Origin: an uncultured Nitrospiraceae bacterium | GTDB lineage: Bacteria > Nitrospirota > Thermodesulfovibrionia > Thermodesulfovibrionales > UBA6898 | Direction of reading: 5' to 3' | Length of the DNA stretch: 64,000 bases | Assembly (NCBI GenBank): GCA_963811165.1 | Contig: CAWEQH010000010.1 | Location: forward strand, 608,001-672,000 | Part shown: positions 6,263 through 16,724 of the stretch, piece by piece | Numbering within the stretch: the stretch's first letter is position 1 | How the letters are laid out: each line of letters starts with the position of its first letter | Translations under genes and position numbers: made by a program | The notes under the pieces: generated by a model | What the model was told of the DNA's origin: nothing | The model's input: only the letters and a program-made list of their open reading frames with translations | The model's database searches: none

Positions 6263-9007
6263 ATGATTTGGGCAGAAAAGAGTATTAAAAACTTCCTCAT
6301 GAGAACCGCAGGAAAAATTAATGCCGGCCGATCTTCCAAGACCGGGAAGAAAAGCTCACCTACGGCTAGTGATATAGAACAAAAATATCAGGCATTATTC
6401 GAACAGTCCCCTTACGGCATCTTACTTATCGACCCGGAAGGAAAGATTCTGGATTTCAATGAGACGGCCCATCGCGATCTCGGATATACGAGGGAGGAGT
6501 TCGCCAATATCACAATTGCCGATATCGATCCTGTTGAGTCCTCTGTCGACGTAAAGGCCCGCATAAGTCGCATATTGGAAAAAGGCAGTGCGGAATTCGA
6601 AGTCAGACACCGGACCAAGCAGGGAGAGTTAAGGGATGTTCACGTCATCACAAAGGCGCTTACTTTATCAGGAAAGGCTCTTCTTCACTCTATCTGGCGC
6701 GATATTACCGAGCGAAAGAGGGCAGAAAATGCGGTGGAACTTTTCAGGAATCTGCTTAACGGGTCAAACGAAGCCATATTCGTCAATGACCCCCAAACCG
6801 GCCGCTTCCTGGACGTCAATGACAGGGCATGCGCCAGTTTGGGATATGACCGTGAAGAACTCCTTAGAATGGGAGTCATGGATATTGAAGCGTCCCTTCC
6901 CGACAATTTTTTATGGCAAGGACATGTGAGCAAAGTCAGACAAAAAGGCTCTCTCCTGTTAGAAGGTATACATAGGAGAAAAGACGGTACCACCTTTCCC
7001 GTCGAAACCAATGTGAGTTATGTATCTTTGGACAACGGAGAATACATGATCGCGACAGTGCGCGACATCTCCGAGCGCAGGCGGGCGGAAGAGGCACTAA
7101 AGGAAAGCGAGGAGCGATTGCGGCAGGCCATCCGCGTTTCTCAGGGCGGCATCTTCGATCACGACCACCTCACAAACTCCATCTACTGGTCGCCACGGCA
7201 AAGGGAAATACACGGGTGGGGTCCTGATGAACCGATAACGCTATCGGATTTTCTCACTCTCGTACACCCCGAGGATATCGAGAGCATTTCGGCGGCTGTC
7301 CGGCGAGCGCACGACCCGGCTAGTGACGGAGTGTGGGACGTTGAGCACCGGATCATACGCCGAGACGGTACCATCCGCTGGCTGATGGCGCGGTCCCAGA
7401 CCTTCTTTGAGGGTGAAGGTGACGCGCGCCATCCGGTACGCACCGTCGGCGCCGTCCTCGACATCACCGATCGCAAGCAGGTCGAGGAAAAGGTCCGTCA
7501 AAGCGAACGGTTCATTAGAAACATCCTCGATACGGTGGACGAGGGGTTCATCGTCTTGGACCGCGACTTCCGCATACTGACCGCAAACAAGGCCTACTGC
7601 AGTCAGGTTGGCAAGTCATGCGATTCGGTCATCGGCCGGCACTGTTACGAGATCTCACATAACACGTTAAGGCCGTGCTATGAGGAAGGTGAAGATTGTG
7701 CGGTTCGTCATGTCTTTGAAAAAGGAGAGCCCCATACTGCGCTCCATAAACATCCGGATGCGAAAGGGTCCATTCTCTATTATGAGATGAAGGCCTTTCC
7801 GATAAAGGACAGCACAGGCGCGGTGACGTCAGCGATCGAGACGATCAACAACATAACCGGAAAACACCTCCTTGAAGCGGAACAACTGAAGACCCAGAAG
7901 CTTGAGGCGATCGGGACCCTGGCAGGGGGGATTGCCCACGATTTCAACAACTTGCTGCAGGGAGTGTTCGGGTATATATCCATGGCAAAGATGACCCTGG
8001 ACCAAAAGGAGCAAGCCCACACGATGCTTGAGCAGGCTGAAAAGGCCCTCCATATGTCCGTGAACCTTACCACACAGCTGCTGACCTTCTCCAAGGGCGG
8101 CAAGCCGATGAAGAAGAAGATACAACTCAAGGGCGTAATCGAGAATTCGGTAAGGTTCGCCCTGAGCGGTTCGAATGTCGACTTCCGAATCGAGTTTGAC
8201 GATAACCTTTGGGCAGTGGATGCGGACGAGGGGCAGATCGGCCAGGTAATCCAGAACATCGTGCTCAATGCCGACCAGGCGATGCCTGTGGGCGGTACGA
8301 TTGTGATCGCCGTGAGGAATGTCAGTGCTCCTCATAAAGGGCTTACCAGCCTTCTGGCAGAAGGGCAGTATATAGAGATTTCCGTTAAGGATAACGGTAT
8401 CGGAATCCCGGAACAGTACCTTCCCCGGCTATTCGACCCTTATTTCACGACAAAGGAAAAGGGCAGCGGCCTGGGGCTTGCTACGTCGTATTCCATTATA
8501 AAAAACCATGGCGGGCTGATCGACGTGAAGTCTGACTTGGGTGAAGGCAGCACTTTTTTTGTATATCTTCCCGCTATTGAGGCAAAGGAAGAGAGAGTCG
8601 GAACTATTCCGGCAACAGGTAAAGATGTTCGAAGAGGCAGGATCCTTGTCATGGACGATGAAGAACTGATCAGAAATATCATGGGAATAATGCTGAGGGC
8701 ACTGGGCCATGAGGCGGAATTCGCTGAAAATAGCGAAGAGGCGATAGCCAAATACCGTGAAGCTCTGTCCTCCGGCAGACGGTTTGACATCGTGATCCTG
8801 GACCTCACAATCCGTGGCGGCATAGGGGGGGAGGAAACCTTGCGGGAGCTCATTTCACTTGACCCTGAGGTCAAGGCTGTGGTGTCGAGTGGTTATAGCG
8901 ATAGTGCGGCGATATCCGAATACGAGTCCCGCGGATTCAGTGCATGTCTGGTAAAACCCTATGAGGTGGGTGAGCTGAGAGACATTCTTAATGTCCTGCT
9001 GAAGTGA
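6263..9007 (+). CDS. Multi-PAS hybrid sensor histidine kinase with receiver
   Basis: Four PAS/PAC, H-box GIAHDFNNLL, N/G/F boxes (NADQAM, DNGIG, FTTK, GSGLGL), C-terminal REC. Confidence 0.93.
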   Translation: MIWAEKSIKNFLMRTAGKINAGRSSKTGKKSSPTASDIEQKYQALFEQSPYGILLIDPEGKILDFNETAHRDLGYTREEFANITIADIDPVESSVDVKARISRILEKGSAEFEVRHRTKQGELRDVHVITKALTLSGKALLHSIWRDITERKRAENAVELFRNLLNGSNEAIFVNDPQTGRFLDVNDRACASLGYDREELLRMGVMDIEASLPDNFLWQGHVSKVRQKGSLLLEGIHRRKDGTTFPVETNVSYVSLDNGEYMIATVRDISERRRAEEALKESEERLRQAIRVSQGGIFDHDHLTNSIYWSPRQREIHGWGPDEPITLSDFLTLVHPEDIESISAAVRRAHDPASDGVWDVEHRIIRRDGTIRWLMARSQTFFEGEGDARHPVRTVGAVLDITDRKQVEEKVRQSERFIRNILDTVDEGFIVLDRDFRILTANKAYCSQVGKSCDSVIGRHCYEISHNTLRPCYEEGEDCAVRHVFEKGEPHTALHKHPDAKGSILYYEMKAFPIKDSTGAVTSAIETINNITGKHLLEAEQLKTQKLEAIGTLAGGIAHDFNNLLQGVFGYISMAKMTLDQKEQAHTMLEQAEKALHMSVNLTTQLLTFSKGGKPMKKKIQLKGVIENSVRFALSGSNVDFRIEFDDNLWAVDADEGQIGQVIQNIVLNADQAMPVGGTIVIAVRNVSAPHKGLTSLLAEGQYIEISVKDNGIGIPEQYLPRLFDPYFTTKEKGSGLGLATSYSIIKNHGGLIDVKSDLGEGSTFFVYLPAIEAKEERVGTIPATGKDVRRGRILVMDDEELIRNIMGIMLRALGHEAEFAENSEEAIAKYREALSSGRRFDIVILDLTIRGGIGGEETLRELISLDPEVKAVVSSGYSDSAAISEYESRGFSACLVKPYEVGELRDILNVLLK

Positions 9008-9072
9008 TGCGGCAATCTTCTTACGATAGATGAAATCACATATTTTGTTCCTCTGTCCGGAAAAAAACGAAA

Positions 9073-10317
9073 ATGAGTTTTTCTAAAGACCAACAAGGCA
9101 CCAGCTTCAAAGTGCTCGGCGCGATCAGTTTTTCGCACTTTCTGAACGACACGATCCAGTCGCTGATATTTGCGATCTATCCGCTTCTGAAACAAAAGTT
9201 CGCACTGAGCTTCACGCAGATCGGATTCATAACTCTCAGCTATCAGGTGGTCGCATCCCTGCTTCAGCCGATCGTCGGGCTTTACACCGACCGTCACCCA
9301 AAACCTTATTCGCTTTCCTTCGGCATGGGATGCACGCTGACAGGACTCCTTGTGCTTGCGACCGCTCCGAACTATGCCGTCCTGCTTTTTGCTGCGGCGC
9401 TGGTCGGTACCGGTTCGTCGATCTTCCATCCCGAATCCTCACGCGTGGCCCGCATGGCATCGGGCGGCCGATACGGGCTGGCACAGTCGATTTTCCAGGT
9501 GGGGGGCAACATGGGCACCTCAATGGGGCCGCTCCTGGCGGCATGGATCATAATCCCCCGCGGACAGCAGAGCGTCGCCTGGTTTTCGCTCGCTGCGCTG
9601 GCTGCGATCTCGGTCCTTTTGAAGGTAGGGGGCTGGTACAAACGGCGTCAGGCGCTCACGGGCGTGAAAGGGAAGACACATAGGGGATTGCATCCGGTCC
9701 TGCCGACACGCAAAGTGGTGATGTCGCTGCTGGTCCTTATGGTCCTTATATTCTCCAAATTCTTTTACCTGGCGAGTCTCAGCAGTTATTACATTTTTTA
9801 TCTCATGCACCGGTTTCACGTCCCGGTACAGTCGGCGCAGGTGCATCTCTTTGCCTTTCTCTTCGCCGTTGCTGCCGGCACAATCATAGGCGGTCCTGTG
9901 GGGGACCGCATTGGCAGGAAACGCGTGATCTGGCTCTCGATTCTTGGCTCTGCCCCTTTTGCCCTCGCAATGCCCTATGCAGATCTGGGATGGACCGGCA
10001 TTCTCGCCTTCGTGATCGGGTTCATCCTTGCCTCCGCATTCTCGGCCATCTTAGTGTTCGCCCAAGAGCTTATCCCAGGCAAGGTGGGCGCCGTCTCCGG
10101 CCTTTTCTTTGGTTTTGCCTTCGGCATGGGAGGGATCGGCGCAGCAGTGCTCGGAAAACTGGCCGATTTAAAGGGGATCGAGTTCGTCTATCACGTCTGC
10201 TCCTATCTGCCTTTGCTGGGTATATTGACCGTATTTCTCCCCGACATAGGGGGCCGTTCTTTTTCAGCCTCAACCGTGGCCCGGGGGGCTTCGCCATCCG
10301 ACGTTTCGGGCCAATAA
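9073..10317 (+). CDS. fsr: MFS transporter, fosmidomycin resistance family
   Basis: SHFLNDTIQSL, FHPESSRVARMASGGR.GLAQSIFQVGGN motifs. Confidence 0.9.
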   Translation: MSFSKDQQGTSFKVLGAISFSHFLNDTIQSLIFAIYPLLKQKFALSFTQIGFITLSYQVVASLLQPIVGLYTDRHPKPYSLSFGMGCTLTGLLVLATAPNYAVLLFAAALVGTGSSIFHPESSRVARMASGGRYGLAQSIFQVGGNMGTSMGPLLAAWIIIPRGQQSVAWFSLAALAAISVLLKVGGWYKRRQALTGVKGKTHRGLHPVLPTRKVVMSLLVLMVLIFSKFFYLASLSSYYIFYLMHRFHVPVQSAQVHLFAFLFAVAAGTIIGGPVGDRIGRKRVIWLSILGSAPFALAMPYADLGWTGILAFVIGFILASAFSAILVFAQELIPGKVGAVSGLFFGFAFGMGGIGAAVLGKLADLKGIEFVYHVCSYLPLLGILTVFLPDIGGRSFSASTVARGASPSDVSGQ

Positions 10318-10397
10318 ATTCAAGCCGCTAGAGAATTATGAATTTCAGAAGGGAAAAGACGGAACAGACCCAAAGGCTATTCCTCTAAGACTGACCC

Positions 10398-10670
10398 TTA
10401 TCCAAGTCTGATCTTTAGGACCAGGACCGTAAACGCCAGGATCAGCGTAACGACATTGGTGATAATAATCGGTAACGAATAGATGGAGAACCCATAAAAA
10501 ACCCACAGCAGAAGTCCGACGCTGAGCGTAACATACATCCCCGTCGAAATATCGTGAGTAGACCTGGTTTTCCAGGTTTTAATCAGCTGCGGCAAAAAAG
10601 ACAAGGTTGTACAGGCGCCGGCCATCAATCCTAATAAAGTCGTCTTATTCACTGTCGTATATTCTACCAT
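10398..10670 (-). CDS. SemiSWEET (PQ-loop) transporter
   Basis: AGACTTLSFLPQLIKTWKTRST.DIS; three TM helices. Confidence 0.88.
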   Translation of the reverse strand: MVEYTTVNKTTLLGLMAGACTTLSFLPQLIKTWKTRSTHDISTGMYVTLSVGLLLWVFYGFSIYSLPIIITNVVTLILAFTVLVLKIRLG

Positions 10671-10830
10671 TTAGGGAGGGAGGTCGGGTGACCGACATCG
10701 GCGACAAGGAAAATCACGGAGGTCTTTCGGTACGCAAGAATAAGGTACGGGAATTCCCTGACCATAATAAAAGTGTTAAAGCGGCCGCAGAACCGTTATA
10801 ATAACCATATTAAACGCAGGAGGTAAGACA

Positions 10831-11091
10831 ATGTTCAGAGGATTGCTTCAGCCGATGCATTTGGTCGTTATCCTGGTGATCGTCCTGATCATCTTCGGGC
10901 CCGGAAGACTGCCGGAAATCGGCAAAGGACTCGGCGAGAGCATCAGGGGTTTCAAAAAGGCCATGTCGGGGGATGACAATGACGATGTGAAGGAACCACC
11001 GAAGGAGATCACATCCCCGAAAGCGGTAGAGATGAAACAAGAGGCGGCCCAGGAGGAACCCGCGGAGCAAAAGAACAAAACTGCGGTATAA
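10831..11091 (+). CDS. tatA: Twin-arginine translocase TatA/TatE subunit
   Basis: TM plus [32 protein letters not shown]. Confidence 0.9.
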   Translation: MFRGLLQPMHLVVILVIVLIIFGPGRLPEIGKGLGESIRGFKKAMSGDDNDDVKEPPKEITSPKAVEMKQEAAQEEPAEQKNKTAV

Positions 11092-11163
11092 GACACACGC
11101 GTTGCAGGCTGGACCGTGTTTCAGAGCAGATTCTGAGAAAATAACTGCCGGAGGCAAAACCCG

Positions 11164-11334
11164 ATGAAGGTAACGATGGAATTGTCGGACAGCGAAGTCA
11201 GGTTCCTAAACAAGATGGTGAACGATATGACGAGCTATGAGAAAATAGGCAGCATCGAAGATGCAGTCAAAGAATGCATGAGGATGGCCATGTTCGATGA
11301 AAGTGAACCCATGGCTGCCGACGAGGGTGCATAG
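11164..11334 (+). CDS. 56-aa protein, possibly ribbon-helix-helix (not in ORF track)
   Basis: GGAGG SD; MKVTMELSDSEVRFLNKMVNDMTSYEKIGSIEDAVKECMRMAMFDESEPMAADEGA. Confidence 0.55.
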   Translation: MKVTMELSDSEVRFLNKMVNDMTSYEKIGSIEDAVKECMRMAMFDESEPMAADEGA

Positions 11335-11436
11335 TCCTTATGTAAAGTGATCCTCCGATCTCCCGGCATCCGCCATGAATTACGTTAGTTTGCTAAAATA
11401 TCCCTAGTATATCTGCTGTCGCACGAAGGACCTGTA

Positions 11437-11886
11437 TTGGACAAATTTTTTGACAAGAAAACGGCCGAATTTGAGGAAGGCCAAAGCGTGGATTTGGTGA
11501 TCGGCGACCGGACCGAGATCGGGTATAAGGCCGTCATCAACAGCGTCGGGGAAGGCATGCTTTACCGAAACGAGATATTCCAGCCCTTAAAAAAAGGACA
11601 GCGTATTGCAGGATTTATTAAAAAAGTGCGGGACGACGGCAAGATAGACCTCTGCCTTCAAAAACCCGGCCCCGAAAAGGTTGATACGGTATCCGGAAAG
11701 ATTATCGACAAGCTGGCGGCGCAGGGCGGATTTATTTCCGTCGGCGACGATAGCCCGCCCGAACTTATCTACCGCCTCTTTGGGGTAAGCAAAAAGACAT
11801 TCAAAAAGGCCGTAGGCGCCCTTTATAAAAAGCGGCTTATCCTCATTGAAAGTAATGGGATAAGACTGATCAAAAAAGGGAGGTAA
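11437..11886 (+). CDS. cvfB: CvfB-family fragment (last S1 domain plus winged helix only)
   Basis: EEGQSVDLVI..TEIGYKAVIN...GMLY.NE; DGKIDL; SPPELIY.LFGVSKKTFKKAVGALYK. Confidence 0.7.
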   Translation: MDKFFDKKTAEFEEGQSVDLVIGDRTEIGYKAVINSVGEGMLYRNEIFQPLKKGQRIAGFIKKVRDDGKIDLCLQKPGPEKVDTVSGKIIDKLAAQGGFISVGDDSPPELIYRLFGVSKKTFKKAVGALYKKRLILIESNGIRLIKKGR

Positions 11887-11906
11887 GGTAATCGCGACTT
11901 CCGGCC

Positions 11907-12080
11907 TTATTCGTCTTCGCTGCTAAAACCAGGGCAGTGTTCGGCAAGGACCTCAAAGGACCTCGGAAGGGTATTCGCCGGCAACTCTTTCTTTAACTTG
12001 CCGATCGGCGATATGCACTTAACTTTATTGTTTGGGATGCGGATGAGATTAAAACACTCAAGACACGTTTTCTTTTCCAA
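11907..12080 (-). CDS. 57-aa four-cysteine protein (not in ORF track)
   Basis: GGAG SD plus TTG; MEKKTCLECFNL...VKC...EHCPGFSSEDE. Confidence 0.5.
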   Translation of the reverse strand: MEKKTCLECFNLIRIPNNKVKCISPIGKLKKELPANTLPRSFEVLAEHCPGFSSEDE

Positions 12081-12371
12081 GTATATTTCTCCAATCAGTG
12101 ATTTAATTATCGCTATGTTAATTGTAGACCATTTTTAGCATTTTACGCATCTTTTTTGATGCGGCAACCGTTATGCCAATGGGTCCATATGAAAACGGGT
12201 CTCAGCCTGCCCCCCCTCTTAGTGTCAAGACAGATACAATCACGAGTTCCCCTTTTAACCGAATATGCTTCTGATGGAAGGGTCCGGGATGATAACAACA
12301 AGACAATTACCGGTCGGGAATGGTATTTTAATGAGTATGCGGAAAGCAGGACACTTCAACCAATGGTATCG

Positions 12372-13115
12372 ATGAATAAGATTTCGACAAACCGGACAAG
12401 CTGTATAAGGTGTGCTACTTGTTGCGCAAAAGGGGGGCCGGCCCTTCATGCGAAGGACATCCGGATTATCCGTGAGGGGCACATAGGAACCCGCCATCTC
12501 ATCACCCTCAGAAAGGGTGAACTCGCTTATGCCCCCACCGGCGAGGCACTGCAGCCGCTACAGGAGGAACTCATCAAGATTGCGGGTAACGGCAAGAGCT
12601 GGGAATGCATTTTCCTGAAAAAAGAGGGCTCATCGTGCACGATATATTCTCACAGGCCGTTAGAATGCCGTATTCTGAAATGCTGGGACACCAGGGAACT
12701 TTTATCCGTCATAGGCAAAGACACTCTGAAACGCCCGGATATCATCGATCCCGATGACCCGATATTGAAGTTGATCGAGGAACACGAAAAGACATGTTCT
12801 GTCCTCGAAATGGAAGCCGTACTTTCTACCTTCTCTGAGGAATCCGACAACGCAACGCCCCTCAATAAACTGGCGGAACTTGTCCGGAAGGACCTCTATA
12901 TCCGATCCAAAGCCGTTTCCATTTTTGTGCTGCCTCTTGCGGTTGAACTGTTTGTTTTGGGCCGCCCGCTCTTTGCCCTTCTTGGCCGCAGGGGGATATC
13001 GGTCAGGGAAGAACACGGCAGGATTCACCTAGAGGAAGGGTCGCGAAATGACGAAACGCATGATACAATTGACCCAAGGTCACCGCATAAGAGCAAAGAA
13101 AATGATTCGTTATAA
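12372..13115 (+). CDS. YkgJ-family cysteine cluster protein
   Basis: CIRCATCC...CIFL....CTIYSHRPLECR...C; start moved to ATG 12372 (uncertain). Confidence 0.8.
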   Translation: MNKISTNRTSCIRCATCCAKGGPALHAKDIRIIREGHIGTRHLITLRKGELAYAPTGEALQPLQEELIKIAGNGKSWECIFLKKEGSSCTIYSHRPLECRILKCWDTRELLSVIGKDTLKRPDIIDPDDPILKLIEEHEKTCSVLEMEAVLSTFSEESDNATPLNKLAELVRKDLYIRSKAVSIFVLPLAVELFVLGRPLFALLGRRGISVREEHGRIHLEEGSRNDETHDTIDPRSPHKSKENDSL

Positions 13116-13641
13116 AGAACTGTCGGTCATCTTTAAAGACACGGGCTTCACCGAGGGAGAGCTTAAGAAGTTTTACTATTCGGTGAAAAAGTCGGTAATC
13201 CTCCGTCACCTCGGGAAGCGGTCCTGGCCTGAGCTTTTCAAGTTAGAGGAAGAATGCCAGTGGCCCTTTCTTCGGAGGATCGACGACCCGAAACTGCCGA
13301 TCTATCGGGGCGCCGACAAGACACTGCTTCAAAGGTTCATGAAGTCAATTTCTACAGAAAAAGATATGAGGAGATACAGGTCCTCGATGCCCAAAGTCCG
13401 TTACTGGTCTTTACTTCAGGAGGTGATCGCAGAGAGGATAGATCTCCTCGTCTCCATATTCGGCTTCTCTGAAGAGGATGTGCGACATTGCGAACTGGTT
13501 GCTGAGAGATATGGAAAGATAGTCGAGAGAAAGACAAAGGAGAAGAAAAAATTATGGCAGATAGGCATCGGCGCCGGGGCCGCCGCAACCCTGGCAGGCG
13601 CTGCGGCGATATGGTATATGTCGAAGAAGGATAAAAAATAA
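13048..13641 (+). CDS. Hypothetical protein with C-terminal membrane anchor
   Basis: 197-aa ORF with SD-like GAGG; C-terminal hydrophobic helix and basic tail. Confidence 0.6.
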   Translation: MTKRMIQLTQGHRIRAKKMIRYKELSVIFKDTGFTEGELKKFYYSVKKSVILRHLGKRSWPELFKLEEECQWPFLRRIDDPKLPIYRGADKTLLQRFMKSISTEKDMRRYRSSMPKVRYWSLLQEVIAERIDLLVSIFGFSEEDVRHCELVAERYGKIVERKTKEKKKLWQIGIGAGAAATLAGAAAIWYMSKKDKK

Positions 13642-13746
13642 TCGTAACTTCCGCTTTATTCCATATTGAGGCTTGGCCCCGAGCCCCAGGCACTTTTCTA
13701 TGACTAACGCTTCACGATTTACGCTTCGCGTTTGACATTTTTCGTA

Positions 13747-14520
13747 TTATCTGCCCCTGAATTTCGGCGGCCTTTTTTCAAGAAAGGCATTTATGCCTTC
13801 TTCATGATCTTCAGTCGCAAAACACTTTGAAAAAGAGGCAATTTCGGTCTGAAGCCGCCTTTGCAAGTCCTCATCTTCGTTTATCAACATCTTTGCCGAC
13901 GCCAAGGCATAAGGACTCATCTTCGCAAGGGCCGCCGCCATCTCATCGGCCTTCTGAAGCAGTTCATCGTTTTTAACCACGCTGTTGGCAAGAGATATTT
14001 TTTCGGCTTCTTTGGAGTCAATGATGCGCCCCATCAGTATCAACTCCTTCGCCCTCCCGATGCCCACCAACCTCGTCAGCCGCTGCGTCCCGCCGAATCC
14101 TGGAATAAGACCGAGATTGATTTCAGGCTGCCCGAACTTCGCATCTTCGGCGGCCAGTCTGATATCACAGGCGAGTGCCAGCTCACATCCGCCGCCAAGG
14201 CAATAGCCGCTGATCGCAGCTATCACCGGCTTTGTCATCTCCTCGATCAAACCGCATACTTCGTGTCCCAGCCTTGCAAATGACTCTGCCTCTTTCTGAT
14301 TCTTGTCTTTCATCTCTTTGATGTCCGCACCTGCGCAAAAATGCCTCACGCCGGTTATTATTACCACGCGTATCGCCTGGTCTCCCCCGAGGTCCCTCAG
14401 TGCCTCCAGTAGGGCCTTCAGTGCGGGCGTGCCAAGGACATTCAAAGTATCAGGGTTCGAAAGGATAATTTTTCCGACCCGGTCTTTCTTTTCGACAATT
14501 ATCGAACTAGCGGTATACAT
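13747..14520 (-). CDS. Enoyl-CoA hydratase (crotonase)
   Basis: FCAGADIKE, GGGCELALACD, FGQPEINLGLIPGFGGTQRL; start at MYTASS overlapping hbd. Confidence 0.92.
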   Translation of the reverse strand: MYTASSIIVEKKDRVGKIILSNPDTLNVLGTPALKALLEALRDLGGDQAIRVVIITGVRHFCAGADIKEMKDKNQKEAESFARLGHEVCGLIEEMTKPVIAAISGYCLGGGCELALACDIRLAAEDAKFGQPEINLGLIPGFGGTQRLTRLVGIGRAKELILMGRIIDSKEAEKISLANSVVKNDELLQKADEMAAALAKMSPYALASAKMLINEDEDLQRRLQTEIASFSKCFATEDHEEGINAFLEKRPPKFRGR

Positions 14521-15355
14521 AAAATCCCTCACCGCACTTCCTCCCGCATCTTCCCGCGTCAACCATCTTCCTAAGCAGCGGACAGGGCTTGAACTTCTCC
14601 CCCAACTCGGCCTCGAGTATCTCCAGAATTTCAAGACACGTGTCCAACCCTATGAAGTCCGCGAGTTCGAGCGGCCCCATCGGATGGTTTGCCCCGAGCT
14701 TCATGACGGTATCGATATCCTCCTTTGCGGCAATACCCTCCTGCAAGCAAAATATCGCCTCGTTTATCATAGGCATCAGCACCCGGTTTGATACAAAACC
14801 CGGGGAGTCCAGGACTGTAACCGGTATCTTCCCCATTTTCCCGGAAACGGTCTTTATGGTATGTATCGTTTTTTCCGAAGTGCCCGCGCCTCTAATCACC
14901 TCCACAAGCCGCATGATATATGCCGGGTTCATAAAGTGCATACCGATAAAGCGTTCGGGCCTCCCCGTTGCTCCGGCCAGTCTCGTGATCGGGATGGTCG
15001 AAGTATTGGTCGCAAAAATCGTTTCAGATGGACAGAGTCTATCCATCTCTTTGAATATCTCCTTCTTTACGTCCTCTCTCTCCGTCACCGCCTCGATGAT
15101 AAGGTCTGCCTTGCGACAATCTTCCAGGCGAGCCGATATTTCTATGAGTGAGAGTATCTTCTCTTTCTCCTCGAAACCGATTTTGCCTTCTGCTGCCCGC
15201 TTTTCGAGCCTGTCCTTTATCTTCGAGAGGCCCGCGGCGGCATGTTCCTCCGACATATCCATGAGTAACACGTTGAAGCCGCTCTGGGCCGCTGCCTGGG
15301 CAATGCCCCCGCCCATAATCCCTGCGCCTATTACCGCAATCCTATGTACGTCCAT
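14507..15355 (-). CDS. hbd: 3-hydroxybutyryl-CoA dehydrogenase
   Basis: GAGIMGGGIA, ATNTS, GMHFMNP, PGFVSNR, HPMGPLELADFIGLD. Confidence 0.93.
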   Translation of the reverse strand: MDVHRIAVIGAGIMGGGIAQAAAQSGFNVLLMDMSEEHAAAGLSKIKDRLEKRAAEGKIGFEEKEKILSLIEISARLEDCRKADLIIEAVTEREDVKKEIFKEMDRLCPSETIFATNTSTIPITRLAGATGRPERFIGMHFMNPAYIMRLVEVIRGAGTSEKTIHTIKTVSGKMGKIPVTVLDSPGFVSNRVLMPMINEAIFCLQEGIAAKEDIDTVMKLGANHPMGPLELADFIGLDTCLEILEILEAELGEKFKPCPLLRKMVDAGRCGRKCGEGFYVYR

Positions 15356-15417
15356 GAGTTCACCCCGGTTTAACTACGATATTCTTAGACTACGAGAAAA
15401 AGGCGGGCATAGTATTG

Positions 15418-15496
15418 GAGCGGCTTCTTTTGTCCCGATGAATATCGGGAGAAAAGCCCTCGGAGATCTGCCATGGGCAGATCGAGAATGAGCGAC
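15418..15496. repeat. Structured intergenic repeat, copy A
   Basis: GAGCGGCTTCTTTT..CCCGATGAATATCGGGAGAAAAGCCCTCGGAG-hairpin-GAATGAGCGAC; homologous to 18026-18120. Confidence 0.8.
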
Positions 15497-15552
15497 AATA
15501 TTGTGTCCGCCTTGTTGTAAATAAGGGTCAGAAGAGACAGAGTCCATATGTT

Positions 15553-16722
15553 CTACCCTTCCTTAAGCGCCAGATGCGCAATCAAAAGCCTGAGCATGTC
15601 CGAAGTGCCTTCCCCTATCGTAAGGAGCCTGGCGTCCCGCCAGTGCCTGTGGATATCGTACGTGTCCGTGTACCCATACCCGCCGTGTATCTGTATCGCA
15701 TGATCGCAGGCATTTATGGCCGCCTCGGAAGAAAAAAGTTTTGCCTGAGCGGCCTCACGCGCAATGTCCCCGCCTTTTTCTTTCATGAAGGCGGCGTGGC
15801 AGGTGAGAAGCCTTGCGGCGCTAATCCCGGTTGCCATGTCCGACAATTTTCCCTGAACAAGCTGAAAGTGTGAGATGCTTTCACCAAAGGCCTTCCTTTT
15901 TTTAGTATACATAAGCGCCTTCTCGAATGCCGCCTGGGCAATGCCCACGCCTATCGCGGCAATAGTCATCCTTCCGCAATTGAGGATATGCTTTGCGTAT
16001 TCGAGTCCCCTGCCCTCTTCCCCGAGCAGGTCTTCCCTTGCGATTTCGCACCCCTCAAGATGAAGGGCGGCCAACTGGTTTCCCCTGAATCCTAACTTGG
16101 GGATCGTCCTCATTACGTTGAAGCCCCGTGACCGGGCAGATACTAAAAAGGCCGATATCCCTTTATCGGTCCTCGCAAATACCAGGGCAAAATCCGATTC
16201 ACCGGCGTTCGTTATCATCATCTTGCTGCCGCTGAGGACATATCTGTCTCCTGTAAGGACCGCCTTCGTCTGGATCGCCTTAGCGTCAGAGCCGCAGCAC
16301 GGCTCGGTGAGTGCAAAGGCTATGAGGCCCTTTCCCTCGACAAGCCCCTTCTCTTTGAGGAACCTCATCTTCTGCGCATCATCGCCAAAAAGCCGTATGC
16401 CCTCGCAGACCATCCCCTGTATGGAGACATGCAAGGCCGTGTTTGCACAAGCCTTCGCAAGCATTTCAAGCGCCGCAATATAGACAGGAAACGGCTTTCC
16501 TCTGCCGTGGTATTTTGTCGGAAAAGGGAGGGCAAAAATCCCCCGTTCCCCGGCCTTCGCGAGGTTTTTTCTCGGAAATATCTCCTCCTGATCGGTCCGC
16601 TTCGCATCCGGCAGGATTTCCTTTTCACAGAAATCACCTATCGACTCAAGCAGCCGGTGGTAATCCCCTGCGCCGGCATAAAGCATTTCGATGGTATCCC
16701 TCTGCTCCTTTATATAAAACAT
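15553..16722 (-). CDS. Acyl-CoA dehydrogenase
   Basis: AFALTEP..GSDA, GSK..ITNA, QIHGGYGY, RDARLLTIGEGTS; start MFYIKE right after the thiolase stop. Confidence 0.92.
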   Translation of the reverse strand: MFYIKEQRDTIEMLYAGAGDYHRLLESIGDFCEKEILPDAKRTDQEEIFPRKNLAKAGERGIFALPFPTKYHGRGKPFPVYIAALEMLAKACANTALHVSIQGMVCEGIRLFGDDAQKMRFLKEKGLVEGKGLIAFALTEPCCGSDAKAIQTKAVLTGDRYVLSGSKMMITNAGESDFALVFARTDKGISAFLVSARSRGFNVMRTIPKLGFRGNQLAALHLEGCEIAREDLLGEEGRGLEYAKHILNCGRMTIAAIGVGIAQAAFEKALMYTKKRKAFGESISHFQLVQGKLSDMATGISAARLLTCHAAFMKEKGGDIAREAAQAKLFSSEAAINACDHAIQIHGGYGYTDTYDIHRHWRDARLLTIGEGTSDMLRLLIAHLALKEG

Positions 16723-16724
16723 CT

